Part shown: piece after piece, positions 31,842-41,168 of the stretch | Layout: the number at the start of each line of letters is the position of its first letter | Position numbering within the stretch: the stretch's first letter is position 1 | The notes under the pieces: generated by a model | Databases searched by the model: none | What the model was told of the DNA's origin: nothing | Seen by the model: only the letters and a program-made list of their open reading frames with translations | Position numbers and translations under genes: made by a program | Assembly: GCA_963720755.1 (NCBI GenBank) | Contig: CAVRGP010000011.1 | Location: forward strand, 320,001 to 384,000 | Direction: 5' to 3' | Origin: an uncultured Chloroflexia bacterium | GTDB taxonomy: Bacteria; Chloroflexota; Limnocylindria; Limnocylindrales; CSP1-4 | Length of the DNA: 64,000 nt

Positions 31842-32024
31842 CGGCAGGATCCGCTCGACCGGTCCGCGGCAGGATCCGCTCGACCGGTCCGCGGCAGGAT
31901 CCGCTCGACCGGTCCGCGGCAGGATCCGCTCGACCGGTACCCGGCAGCGTCCTCGCGCCCAGCACCTGGCAGGGTCCTCGCGCCCAGCACCGGCAGGGTC
32001 CTCGCGCCCAGCACCTGGCAGGAT
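31842..32024. repeat. ~25-bp tandem repeat array (two unit types)
   Basis: 4x cggcaggatccgctcgaccggtccg, then 3x ggcagggtcctcgcgcccagcacc(t). Confidence 0.9.
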
Positions 32025-32197
32025 GTTCGTGGGCAGCACGTTATGGCTGATGAAACACCTCTGCAGCCGTTGTGACGCGGCGTGCTAACGGCGCTCAGGC
32101 TCGGAATCGCCCGGGTTCCGCGGGCGGGGGCCGACGCATGGTCGACTCAACAAACGCAATCAGCCATTACGGGCTCCCGGTGAGAATCCTGCCAGGT
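32013..32197 (+). ncRNA. putative 6S-like rod-shaped RNA (~185 nt)
   Basis: ~39-bp imperfect closing stem, A/C-rich central bubble, apical stem; G-U pairs favour the + strand; 5' GAUGUUCG as in E. coli 6S. Confidence 0.5.
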
Positions 32198-32249
32198 TGC
32201 GCCGCCCCGGCCACCACGACCACGGCCCGCCACGGTCCCGGCGCGATGG

Positions 32250-33080
32250 TCAGGCGCGGGCGAGGAGCCTCGACAGGAAGGCCTGGGTCCGTGGGTCCTG
32301 CGGCTGTTCGATGACCTGCTCGGGCGGACCGGCTTCGACGAACGTCCCCTCTTCGATGAAGTAGACCCGGTCGGCGGCTTCGCGGGCGAACGCCATCTCG
32401 TGGGTCACGACGATCATCGTCGAGCCTTCATGGGCGAGCTCCTCCATGACCAACAGGACTTCGCCGACGAGCGTCGGATCGAGAGCCGAGGTCGGTTCGT
32501 CGAACAGCAGGACCTTGGGCTCCATCGACAGCGCCCGGGCGATCGCCACGCGCTGCTTCTGGCCCCCGGACAGTCGCGACGGATATTCATCGCGCTTCTC
32601 ACGAAGGCCGACCTTGTCGAGGTACCTCTCGGCGGTCGCGATCGCCTCGTCCCGGGGGACGCCCTTGACCCGGACCGGTGCGGCGATGAGGTTGTCGATG
32701 ACCTTCATGTGCGGGAACAGGTTGAATTCCTGGAAGACCATCTGGGCACTGATCCGGATCTGCCGGATCTTGTTGCGGTCACTCGAGTCATGGGGACGGA
32801 GCGGGCTGCCTTCGACCTCGACACCGTCCACCGTGATCGTGCCGACGGTCGGCTCTTCGAGGAAGTTGATGCATCGGAGCAGCGTGCTCTTGCCCGAGCC
32901 GGATCGGCCGATGAGGCAGATCGTCTCCCGCGGGTAGACATCGAGGCTGCAGCCGCGCAGGACGTGGTTCCGCCCGTAGTACTTCTCGAGGCGTTCGACC
33001 GACACGATGGGCGGCGCCCCGGGTGGGGTCAGCAGACCCGGGGCAGCGAACGGGTCGTTGACCGGACGGACAGCCGTCAT
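32250..33080 (-). CDS. polar amino acid ABC transporter ATP-binding protein
   Basis: GRSGSGKS, MVFQEFNLFPH, LSGGQKQR, FDEPTSALDP. Confidence 0.93.
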   Translation of the reverse strand: MTAVRPVNDPFAAPGLLTPPGAPPIVSVERLEKYYGRNHVLRGCSLDVYPRETICLIGRSGSGKSTLLRCINFLEEPTVGTITVDGVEVEGSPLRPHDSSDRNKIRQIRISAQMVFQEFNLFPHMKVIDNLIAAPVRVKGVPRDEAIATAERYLDKVGLREKRDEYPSRLSGGQKQRVAIARALSMEPKVLLFDEPTSALDPTLVGEVLLVMEELAHEGSTMIVVTHEMAFAREAADRVYFIEEGTFVEAGPPEQVIEQPQDPRTQAFLSRLLARA

Positions 33081-33898
33081 CGGACCCGGTCCCCGGCGGC
33101 CATCCGTCGCTCCAACCGGCCCTGGAAGGACGACAGGACGAGGGTCAGACACCAGTAGATGAGGGCCGCCACGATGATCGTCTGGAAGCTCTGGCCGGTG
33201 GGCCGGCCGGCAGCCTGCGCCCGCCACAGCAATTCCTGGACGCCGATGACCGAGATGAGGGCGGTGTCCTTGGTCATGGCGATGAAATCGTTGCCGACGG
33301 CCGGGGTCACGATCCTGAAGGCCTGGGGCAGCACGATCCGACGCATCACCTCCCGCTCGGGCATCCCCAGCGACCGGGCGGCCTCCAGCTGACCCCCTGG
33401 CACAGCCTGGATCCCTGCCCGGAAGACCTCGGTCAGGTACGCCCCGTAGTTGAAGGACAGCGCGATGATCCCGGTCGGCACCGCGTCAATGACGATCCCG
33501 GCCGCCGGCAGGGCCAGGAAGATGAACAGGATCTGGACGATCAGCGGCGTCCCGCGAACCACCGACACGTAGAGCGAGGCGAGTCCGTTGAAGAACGGGT
33601 TCGTCGACAGCCGGCCGAGGGCTCCGAAGACGGCCAGGATGACGGCGATGACGATCGAGATGATCGAGATCATCAGGGTGTAGTAGAGGCCGCCGACGAT
33701 GAACGGTAGCCACGCCTGAAGGAACCCAGCGTTGATCCCCACGGTGGCGATGAGGAAGCCGCCGACGGCGGCCAGGACGACGACCCAGGTCAGGATGAAG
33801 ACCAGCCTGAACGTCGATCGCCGCTGTCGTTGCGACGCCTCGATCTCGAGGACGATCGGTGGGACCGTGCTCGGGTCCGCTACAGCCTGGGCGCTCAT
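33077..33898 (-). CDS. amino acid ABC transporter permease
   Basis: RGTPLIVQ, EVFRAGI, EAARSLG, IVLPQA. Confidence 0.93.
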   Translation of the reverse strand: MSAQAVADPSTVPPIVLEIEASQRQRRSTFRLVFILTWVVVLAAVGGFLIATVGINAGFLQAWLPFIVGGLYYTLMISIISIVIAVILAVFGALGRLSTNPFFNGLASLYVSVVRGTPLIVQILFIFLALPAAGIVIDAVPTGIIALSFNYGAYLTEVFRAGIQAVPGGQLEAARSLGMPEREVMRRIVLPQAFRIVTPAVGNDFIAMTKDTALISVIGVQELLWRAQAAGRPTGQSFQTIIVAALIYWCLTLVLSSFQGRLERRMAAGDRVR

Positions 33899-33977
33899 GG
33901 CTCCTCCCTCGAAAACGACCGCAGGGGCGTCCGTTCGGACGCCCCTGCGAGATGCTGGACTCGGTCGCCCCTCCGGT

Positions 33978-34889
33978 CTACGAAGCTGATGCCGGCGGGT
34001 TCGTCAGGTCTTCCTTGAACCACTTCATGGACATCGCGGTGAGCGTCCCATCGCTGTGCATCTCGGTGACGATCGCGTCCAGCGCGGTCATGAAATCCGA
34101 GTCGTCCGGTCCGCTCTTGTCGACCGAAACGGCGAGCTGCTCGGTGAAGACGGGGTCGCCGACCTTGATGACCGGAGTCCCGTTCGTGATCGCCTGATCC
34201 ACGGTCGTACTCGACGACAGGAATCCTTCGGCGTCCTTTCGGCCGGCGGCGATCGCCTGCGCGCACGCCTGGTCAGTGTCGAGCGTCTGCACCTTGACCC
34301 CGGCGGGCGGGGTCGCGACCGGACCGAGGGACTCGCTCTGGAGGTTGCCCTCGAGCCAATCCTGGTACGTCGTCGCCGATCCGACGCAGACCGTCTTGCC
34401 GGCAAGCCCGTCGAGGGTGGTGATGCCCGAGGCCGTCGTCGCCGTCATCTGGGCCGGCGTGTAGTAGTAGGCCGGGCTGAAGTCGAGGACCTCGCGCCGC
34501 GGGACCGTGATCGTCATCGAGCCGACGCTGATATCCCAACGGCCGCCCCACGAACCCGCCGTGATCGTGTCCCAGCCCGGGGTCGTGAACTCGACGGTGA
34601 CGCCGAGCCGCTTGCCGATCTCGTTGGCGACATCGATGTCAAAGCCCTGGAACGTCCCATCGGGATTGAGGAACGACTGGGGCGCGTAGTTCGGGTCGGT
34701 CGAGACGACGATCTTCCCGGCCGTCATGATCTTGTCGAGCAGGCCGCCAGCGATCGGCGATGCCGCTCCCGGGGCGGCTGAACTCGCGCTCGATGGCGTC
34801 CCGCCGCTACTGCTGCATGCCGCGAAGGCAAGGGCGGCGACGGCGACCAGGCCGATCAGCCGCGCACGGGTAGACGGAGAGGGGGTCAT
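33978..34889 (-). CDS. amino acid ABC transporter substrate-binding lipoprotein
   Basis: lipobox FAAC; DPNYAPQ, GFDIDVA, MTIT..R, YYY. Confidence 0.9.
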   Translation of the reverse strand: MTPSPSTRARLIGLVAVAALAFAACSSSGGTPSSASSAAPGAASPIAGGLLDKIMTAGKIVVSTDPNYAPQSFLNPDGTFQGFDIDVANEIGKRLGVTVEFTTPGWDTITAGSWGGRWDISVGSMTITVPRREVLDFSPAYYYTPAQMTATTASGITTLDGLAGKTVCVGSATTYQDWLEGNLQSESLGPVATPPAGVKVQTLDTDQACAQAIAAGRKDAEGFLSSSTTVDQAITNGTPVIKVGDPVFTEQLAVSVDKSGPDDSDFMTALDAIVTEMHSDGTLTAMSMKWFKEDLTNPPASAS

Positions 34890-35038
34890 GTGCTCCTCCT
34901 CGCGGCCTGCCGCCCGTGCGGTCACGCCGCAACACTTGCTACACGGCAACCATCGCCCGCGTAGATTGGCCGCAGTTTGGCACGGTTTCCGCGCGAACGC
35001 GAGTGCCAATCTCGGGGAGTGCCGGCCCGCGCCAGACC

Positions 35039-35977
35039 CTACAGGCCGCTGTAGGCGTGCAGGCCGCTGAACCACAACGACCCGGAATACGTGACCAGCA
35101 CCATCCCGAACCCGACGACGAGGAGGAGGGCCGCCGGCCGGCCGGCCCAGGAGCGCTGGTTCCGGGCATGGAGGTAGATCGCGTAGACGAGCCAGGTCAC
35201 GAGCGCCGCGGTCTCCTTCGGATCCCAGCCCCAGTAGCGCGACCAGGCGATCGACGCCCACCACGATCCCAGGATGATCATCGTCGCGAAGATCGGAAAG
35301 CCGATGATCACGGCTCGATAGGCGACCTCATCCAGGACCTTGTGCGACGGCAGCCAGGCGAACCGATCGTTCTGGCCCTGGGCGAGATAGGCGACCCCGG
35401 CCGCGAAACTCGTGGCGAAGATGCCGTAGCTGATGACCGCCATGCCGACATGGATCGTCAGCAGGGGCGGGTTCTGGAGTGCTGGCACGAGCGTCGAGAT
35501 CTCCCTCGGCAGGCTGCTCGCGTAGAGCAGGATGGCCAGGGCCACGCCCGTCGGGATGAACCCGATCGAGCGGATCGCGTACCGACGTTGCAGGAACAGG
35601 TACCCGCCCAGCATCGAGAACGCGAACGCGACGCTGAACTCGAACATGTTGCCCCAGGGTCCGCGCCCGACGATGTAGGCGCGGAGCAGCATCGACAACC
35701 CGAGCCCGACGAACCCGGCGAAGGTCAGCCCGATGGCCACCCGCGACAGGGGACTCGGCGAGGCATACGTGCGCGGACCGCTGATCGCGGCGCTTTCGCG
35801 CTCGGCGACGAACGAGCCCGTGACGACGCCGGCGTAGGCGGGCTGGCGGGCCGGTGCCAGGGCCGGCAACAGACGTCGCCCGTTGGCCAGCATGACGGCG
35901 TGGCCGACGTGCGCCGCGAACCCGAGCGCGACGAGGATGACCCCGAGGGAGAAGATCGTCGAAGAAAGGCCAGCCAC
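35039..35977 (-). CDS. ccsA: cytochrome c biogenesis protein CcsA/CcsB (system II)
   Basis: PWGNMFE, PALQ..LTIHV, WWD domain WSRYWGWDPKET, GLHAY. Confidence 0.92.
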   Translation of the reverse strand: MAGLSSTIFSLGVILVALGFAAHVGHAVMLANGRRLLPALAPARQPAYAGVVTGSFVAERESAAISGPRTYASPSPLSRVAIGLTFAGFVGLGLSMLLRAYIVGRGPWGNMFEFSVAFAFSMLGGYLFLQRRYAIRSIGFIPTGVALAILLYASSLPREISTLVPALQNPPLLTIHVGMAVISYGIFATSFAAGVAYLAQGQNDRFAWLPSHKVLDEVAYRAVIIGFPIFATMIILGSWWASIAWSRYWGWDPKETAALVTWLVYAIYLHARNQRSWAGRPAALLLVVGFGMVLVTYSGSLWFSGLHAYSGL

Positions 35978-35985
35978 GGGCTCGA

Positions 35986-36468
35986 TCAGGCCGCCGCCGC
36001 GCCGCCCGGCCGTGGCCCGGGCGTCGTCCGGATCGCAACGGCTCGAGGCTTGACCTTGAGGACGAGACCGCAGTTGGTGCAGGTATCGACGATCGCCGCG
36101 CGACCGAGACCACACATCGGACAGATGACCGCGAGCTCATCACGGCAGCGTTCGCAGCGGACGGTTCCCGACGGGAAGACGAGCGTGTCACGCCGGCAAT
36201 GTGGCAGGCCCACCGGGTAGACCGGCTCGCCGCCAGGTCCCAGCTCCGCCATCCGCGGACCTTCTTCGAAGGCGACCTTCGTCCGTGGCTTGCGGATCAG
36301 GTAGATCACCGTGCCGAGGGCGAGGAAGGTCAGGAACGGCATGACGACGCCGAACAGGACGATGACCGGCAGGAGTCCGATCAGCACTCCCCAATCGGGC
36401 AGGACGAAGACGGACGTGACGTCGAGGATCTGGGTCCAGATCTGGTTCAGCACGTCGACGATATTCAC
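35986..36468 (-). CDS. membrane protein with C-terminal multi-CxxC zinc ribbon
   Basis: TM helix, then C, CERC, CPMC, CTNC. Confidence 0.75.
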   Translation of the reverse strand: MNIVDVLNQIWTQILDVTSVFVLPDWGVLIGLLPVIVLFGVVMPFLTFLALGTVIYLIRKPRTKVAFEEGPRMAELGPGGEPVYPVGLPHCRRDTLVFPSGTVRCERCRDELAVICPMCGLGRAAIVDTCTNCGLVLKVKPRAVAIRTTPGPRPGGAAAA

Positions 36469-37076
36469 GGCCGCATCCTACCAGTCCCGCCGCCCTTGGG
36501 AGCCTTTCGCGGATTGCCTCGTTTGGCGGTCGCGCCGCGGCCTGGCTTCCAGCCCGGCCGGTCGACGTCGGGTCCATCGCCTTCGGGTGATCCGTCGGCC
36601 GGTCGGGGTCCGGATCCGCGTGCCGGCCGCGGGTTCCCGATCGAGGGTGCCGCGAGCCGGCGTGCGTCCAGCCGGCCGAGCAACCAGTGCGACCCGGCGG
36701 TTCGGGCCCCGCGCAACCGGGCGGCGTGGCGCAGATCCCGATCATCCGTGACGACGAGCAGCGTCACCGTCCCGTCCGATCCGTCGACCAATCGGACGTC
36801 GTCGACGAGCCGGATGATGACCTCGTCGGCCGTGCGACCGCCGCTGTAGCGCACGGACACGCCGGAGGCGATCCGCTCATTGCGGAGACCCGGCTCTGGC
36901 GGCCCGTCGAGAACGAGCTCGATCGCCGTCCCGGCCGGGATCACGCCGCGCAGCCGGCCGATGAGTGCCGCCGGGGGAGCGGCATCCCTGGCCCGGGTCA
37001 TCGCGTGGAGCAGGTTGGTCCCGTCGATGAGCAGGCGTTGCGTGGCGGCGAGCGGGTCGCGATCAGCGTGCGGCAT
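36465..37076 (-). CDS. NYN/YacP-like PIN-domain RNase
   Basis: LLIDGTNL, VLDG, TADEVI, VVTDDRDL. Confidence 0.8.
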   Translation of the reverse strand: MPHADRDPLAATQRLLIDGTNLLHAMTRARDAAPPAALIGRLRGVIPAGTAIELVLDGPPEPGLRNERIASGVSVRYSGGRTADEVIIRLVDDVRLVDGSDGTVTLLVVTDDRDLRHAARLRGARTAGSHWLLGRLDARRLAAPSIGNPRPARGSGPRPADGSPEGDGPDVDRPGWKPGRGATAKRGNPRKAPKGGGTGRMRP

Positions 37077-37122
37077 CGACCCAATCGTACGCGCGGAAGG
37101 ATGCGACGCTACGATCGGGGCG

Positions 37123-37971
37123 ATGGGTCTCCTCCTGCTGGTCGATCTTGATGGCGTCGTCTATCGCGGCTCCGACCCGGTCCCGGGTGTCGCTGCGGTC
37201 CTCGCCGATCGGGCCTCGCGCGGCGATGACATCGTCTACGTCACGAACAACTCGATGCACTATCGGGCCGACTACCAGACTCGTCTCGCCGCGATGGGAG
37301 CGCCGGTCTCGCCGGACACGGTCGTGTCGTCGGCGCGGGCGACGGCCACCTACTTGCGCGACCACGATCCGGGGATCCGCCGGGTGCTCGTCCTTGGCGG
37401 CGGCGGGTTGGAGCGGGAGTTGCGCGACGTCGGCTATGACGTCGTGACCTCGGCCGCGGCCGCCACGCGGATGAGCCAGGAATCGGTCGATGGGTTCGTG
37501 GCGGCCGGCCGGCCCGACGCGGTCGTCGTCGGTCTCGATCCCAACTTGACCTATGCGCGGCTGGTCGTCGCGTCCGATTCGATCCGCGCGGGCGCGCACT
37601 TCATCGCGACGAACCGGGACCCGGTCTACCCCACGGAACGCGGACTTCGGCCCGGCGCGGGATCGATCGTCATCGCCCTGGAGGCAGCGACCGGGGTCGT
37701 GCCCGTGTCGATCGGCAAGCCTGCCCCGTACCTGCTCGAAGCGGCGGCGCGTGCGGTCGGGCGCGAGCCGGCCGAGGCGATCATGGTGGGTGACGGGATC
37801 GCGACCGATCTGGCCGGCGCCCACGCGGTCGGGGCGCGCTGCATCTTCATGCTGACCGGGGTCACGACCCGGGCCGAAGTGGCGGCCCTCCCGTCCGAAC
37901 AGCAGCCGACCGCGATCGCCGCCGATGCCGCGGGATTGGCGGCAGCGCTCGAACAGCTCGACGCGAGCTGA
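37123..37971 (+). CDS. HAD-IIA (NagD-like) phosphatase
   Basis: DLDGVVY, VTNNS, ATNRD, GKP, MVGD...D, LTGVT. Confidence 0.92.
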   Translation: MGLLLLVDLDGVVYRGSDPVPGVAAVLADRASRGDDIVYVTNNSMHYRADYQTRLAAMGAPVSPDTVVSSARATATYLRDHDPGIRRVLVLGGGGLERELRDVGYDVVTSAAAATRMSQESVDGFVAAGRPDAVVVGLDPNLTYARLVVASDSIRAGAHFIATNRDPVYPTERGLRPGAGSIVIALEAATGVVPVSIGKPAPYLLEAAARAVGREPAEAIMVGDGIATDLAGAHAVGARCIFMLTGVTTRAEVAALPSEQQPTAIAADAAGLAAALEQLDAS

Positions 37972-37980
37972 GCCGCGACG

Positions 37981-39054
37981 CTATCGGCCGGTCGCCGGCT
38001 CGTCGAGTCCCGGGATACCCACGGCCCATGCCGAGAACTCGGCCCGCAGTCGGGCGAGCACGTCGTCATCCGCGAATGCGACATCGAGCGCCCGGCGATC
38101 GACGGCCCACAGTTCGGGCAGGCTCAGGCCGATCGCCCCGATCGCGCGGAGATACTCGTCGGACAGGCTGATGTCCGAGACGGTCGTATCGTCCGTGCTC
38201 AGGGTCACCGAGACGCCCGCACGATGCAGACGCGCGAGCGGATGCGCCTCGACGGACTCGACGATCCCGGCCTGGTAGTTCGAGGTCGGGCAGAGGTCCA
38301 GGGTGATGCCTCGGGCGATCAGCTCCACGCACAGGTCCGGGTCGTCGACGGCGCCCGGTCCGTGGGCGATCCGTTCCGGTTCGACCTCCAGTGCGCGTCG
38401 GACCTGGGCGGCCCCGCCCCATTCCCCGGCGTGGATCGTGATCCGCAGCCCGCCGGCCCTGGCGGCCCCGAACGCCGCTGCGTGGGTGAGGGGGTCCGGG
38501 AACGCCGCCTCCGGACCGGCGAGGTCCCAGCCGGTCAGGCCCTGGTCGCGGAACCGGCTGGCCGTCCGCGCGAGCCGGAGGTTCGCGTCGGGGTCATGTG
38601 AGCGGAGGGCGGTACAGATCAGGCGCACGACGGTCCCGGTTCGCGCCGCGGCCTCGTTCGCGCCCCGACACACGGCCCCGATCCCGGCATCGAGCGACAG
38701 ACCCTTCGCCACGTGGAGCAACGGACCCCAGCGGATCTCGATGTACCGGACCCCATCGGCGGCCTTCGTCTCGACCAACTCCGCCGCGACCCGCTCCAAC
38801 GCCTCGGCGTCCTGAAGCAGGGCGATCGGCAGGTCGAAGGCGCGCAGGAGTTCGGCCTGGTTCGCACACGGCATCGGGGCGATGAGCGCGGCGGACATCG
38901 CGGCCCGGTCCACTGGGGCATCGACGGCTCGGGTGCGTGCGAGCTCGACGGCGGTGTCGACCCGGAGCGAGCCATCGAGATGCAGGTGGAGCTCGGCCTT
39001 GGGCATCGCCTCGACGACGCGGTGGAGTGGCAGGGCGGTCGCGGGGTCGGTCAC
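37981..39054 (-). CDS. add: adenosine deaminase
   Basis: PKAELHLHLDGS, HAGE, RIAHG, CPTSN, STDD. Confidence 0.92.
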   Translation of the reverse strand: MTDPATALPLHRVVEAMPKAELHLHLDGSLRVDTAVELARTRAVDAPVDRAAMSAALIAPMPCANQAELLRAFDLPIALLQDAEALERVAAELVETKAADGVRYIEIRWGPLLHVAKGLSLDAGIGAVCRGANEAAARTGTVVRLICTALRSHDPDANLRLARTASRFRDQGLTGWDLAGPEAAFPDPLTHAAAFGAARAGGLRITIHAGEWGGAAQVRRALEVEPERIAHGPGAVDDPDLCVELIARGITLDLCPTSNYQAGIVESVEAHPLARLHRAGVSVTLSTDDTTVSDISLSDEYLRAIGAIGLSLPELWAVDRRALDVAFADDDVLARLRAEFSAWAVGIPGLDEPATGR

Positions 39055-39172
39055 GACGACGATGCTACGATTCCCGCATCGCTCGGGTCGGACGCATCCG
39101 CACGTGCGCCGCAACCGAACCGTGAGCGATGGTCATCCACCCGGTTGACCCCGAGTCGAAGGACCTACCAAC

Positions 39173-40120
39173 ATGTCCGTCATCCTGGTCACCGGCGCCA
39201 GTGGCTTCGTCGGGAGCCACGTCGTCCCGACCCTGCTCACGAGCGGCCACCAGGTCGTTGCCCTCGCCCACACGCCGGACGCCGGCGATCGGATCCTCGG
39301 GCGGCTCGACGCCGCCGAGCGGATGAACGTCGAGATCCGGCCCGGCGACGTCACCCGACCCGACACGCTCCCGCCGGCGATGGCCGGGGTCGATGCCGTG
39401 GTCCACCTCGTCGCTCTCCCGCGCGACTTCAACGGCGGCGCCGATCTCCGACTCGTGAATACGGAGGGGACTCGCGCGGTCATCGTCGCGATGCGATCCG
39501 CCGGCGTCCGGCGCCTGGTCCACATGGGCGCGATGGGCGTCGAGGACGACCCCGATCTCCACTATGCGAGTTCCAAGGCCAGGGCGGAGCAGCTCGTCCG
39601 CGAGTCGGACCTCGACTGGACGATCCTCAAGCCATCGCTCCAGTTCGGCGAAGGGGACGGCTTCTTCAACATCGTCGCCGGCCTGGTCCGGATCTCGCCC
39701 GGCATCGTCCCGGTTCCCGGCAACGGCCGGGCCCGGTTCCAGCCGATCCACGTCGACGACGTCGCCAAGGTCGTCGTCGGCACGCTCGCCGACCCGGCGA
39801 CCGTCGGAACCGACTATCCGCTCGGGGGTCCGCGGTACTGGACCTATCGGGAGATCACCCGCGAGGTGCTCACGGCGCTCGGCAAGAAGCGGGCGATCCT
39901 GCCGATGCCGATCCCGATCATCCGGCTGGTCGCCGGCAGTGCTGAACTCGTCCATCTCCCCTTCCCGGTCGCGACCGATCAGTTGCGCCAGCTGCGCCTT
40001 GACAACATCGGACCGCTGGACGTGATCGAGCCCACGTTCGGATTCGCGCCGCGGCCGATGGAGGGAGCCCTCGGCTACCTGCGCCTGAAGCGACGCGATC
40101 AGGTGCCGCCATCCCGATGA
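39173..40120 (+). CDS. NAD(P)-binding atypical SDR (complex I NDUFA9-like)
   Basis: VTGASGFVG, YASSK, FQPIHVDDVA. Confidence 0.88.
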   Translation: MSVILVTGASGFVGSHVVPTLLTSGHQVVALAHTPDAGDRILGRLDAAERMNVEIRPGDVTRPDTLPPAMAGVDAVVHLVALPRDFNGGADLRLVNTEGTRAVIVAMRSAGVRRLVHMGAMGVEDDPDLHYASSKARAEQLVRESDLDWTILKPSLQFGEGDGFFNIVAGLVRISPGIVPVPGNGRARFQPIHVDDVAKVVVGTLADPATVGTDYPLGGPRYWTYREITREVLTALGKKRAILPMPIPIIRLVAGSAELVHLPFPVATDQLRQLRLDNIGPLDVIEPTFGFAPRPMEGALGYLRLKRRDQVPPSR

Positions 40121-41079
40121 CGAGGGCACTCCGCCAGCTGGCCGGTGGGATCGCCTGGCTGGCCATCGCCTTGCTCATCGCCCTGGGGGCCGCCGGGATC
40201 GTCGCCGCCATGGACCACGCGCCAGGATCCGCCGCCCGAACCGATAACACGGCGGCCGGCGACGCGGAGGTCACCGCCCGGCTGGACGCTGCCTCGGTCG
40301 CACTCGCCGGATTGGCCGACCAGGTCGATCAACTCGGGACCGATGCTCGCGGCGCCCTGGCCGCGCTCAACGGCACGGACCCGGCCGGAGCGGAGGCCGC
40401 CGTCGCGGCCGGCGACGGCCTCGTGGCCGAGATCGCGGCCCGGACGGCGACGATCCGGCGCGACCTCGATGCCGTCCCGTATGTGGCGACACCGACGGCC
40501 GGCCTTTCCGTATCGGATGCGGTGATCGCCCGGCATGCCGCGCTCGTCAAGGCCCTGGACGCGACCGATGGTCTCGATCGGGCCTGGTCGAGATTGACCA
40601 TCGGGTCCGTGGCAGCCTCCCGGATGAGCGCCCTCCTGGCCGACCACGATCGGTTGGTTCATCTGGCCGTCGAGCGCGGCCGGCTGGCGAAATACGGCGA
40701 GGCGATCAAGCTGATCGACGAGGCATCGGCCCAGCTCGACGCTGCCAGGGTCCAGCGAGACCAGCTCGCCGCCACCGTCGATGTGTCGGTGCTGGATGAC
40801 TGGATCGCCCGGAATGCCGCCTACGACGTCGCCCTGCGCGACCTGTATCGGGTCATCCCCAACGTCGGCAAGAAGGTGACCAAGACGATCAGGGCGGCGG
40901 TCGCCGCAGAGGCCGACGCCAGGGCGCGCCTGCCACCCGATCCCCGCGGCCTGGTGATCATCATGGCCGACATCGGCCGCGGCGGGATGAATGGCGCGGT
41001 CATCACCATCGAACAGGCGAAGGCGGCCCTGACGGATGCGCTCGCGCGCGCCGACGCGGCACCGACGATCAGTCCGTGA
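40117..41079 (+). CDS. membrane-anchored helical hypothetical protein
   Basis: N-terminal TM helix; ATGA coupling with the upstream gene. Confidence 0.7.
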   Translation: MTRALRQLAGGIAWLAIALLIALGAAGIVAAMDHAPGSAARTDNTAAGDAEVTARLDAASVALAGLADQVDQLGTDARGALAALNGTDPAGAEAAVAAGDGLVAEIAARTATIRRDLDAVPYVATPTAGLSVSDAVIARHAALVKALDATDGLDRAWSRLTIGSVAASRMSALLADHDRLVHLAVERGRLAKYGEAIKLIDEASAQLDAARVQRDQLAATVDVSVLDDWIARNAAYDVALRDLYRVIPNVGKKVTKTIRAAVAAEADARARLPPDPRGLVIIMADIGRGGMNGAVITIEQAKAALTDALARADAAPTISP

Positions 41080-41168
41080 CGGGCGGTGGCTGAGCGAACC
41101 GACCAGCCAGACCTGCGGCTGGCTACACTTGCCACCAACGTCCCAACCGGCCGCGTGCCATCCGAGCC

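Noticed and set aside
31842-32024. CRISPR array
   Set aside because: Units are contiguous with no unique spacers; no cas genes
32046-32060. Hammerhead ribozyme core (CTGATGA)
   Set aside because: No stem II followed by GAAA; the motif lies within a long stem
34977-35009. Sigma54 promoter (TGGCAC)
   Set aside because: The minus-strand copy facing the ABC operon has GG-N11-GC spacing; the plus copy lacks TT and points antisense; more likely a hairpin
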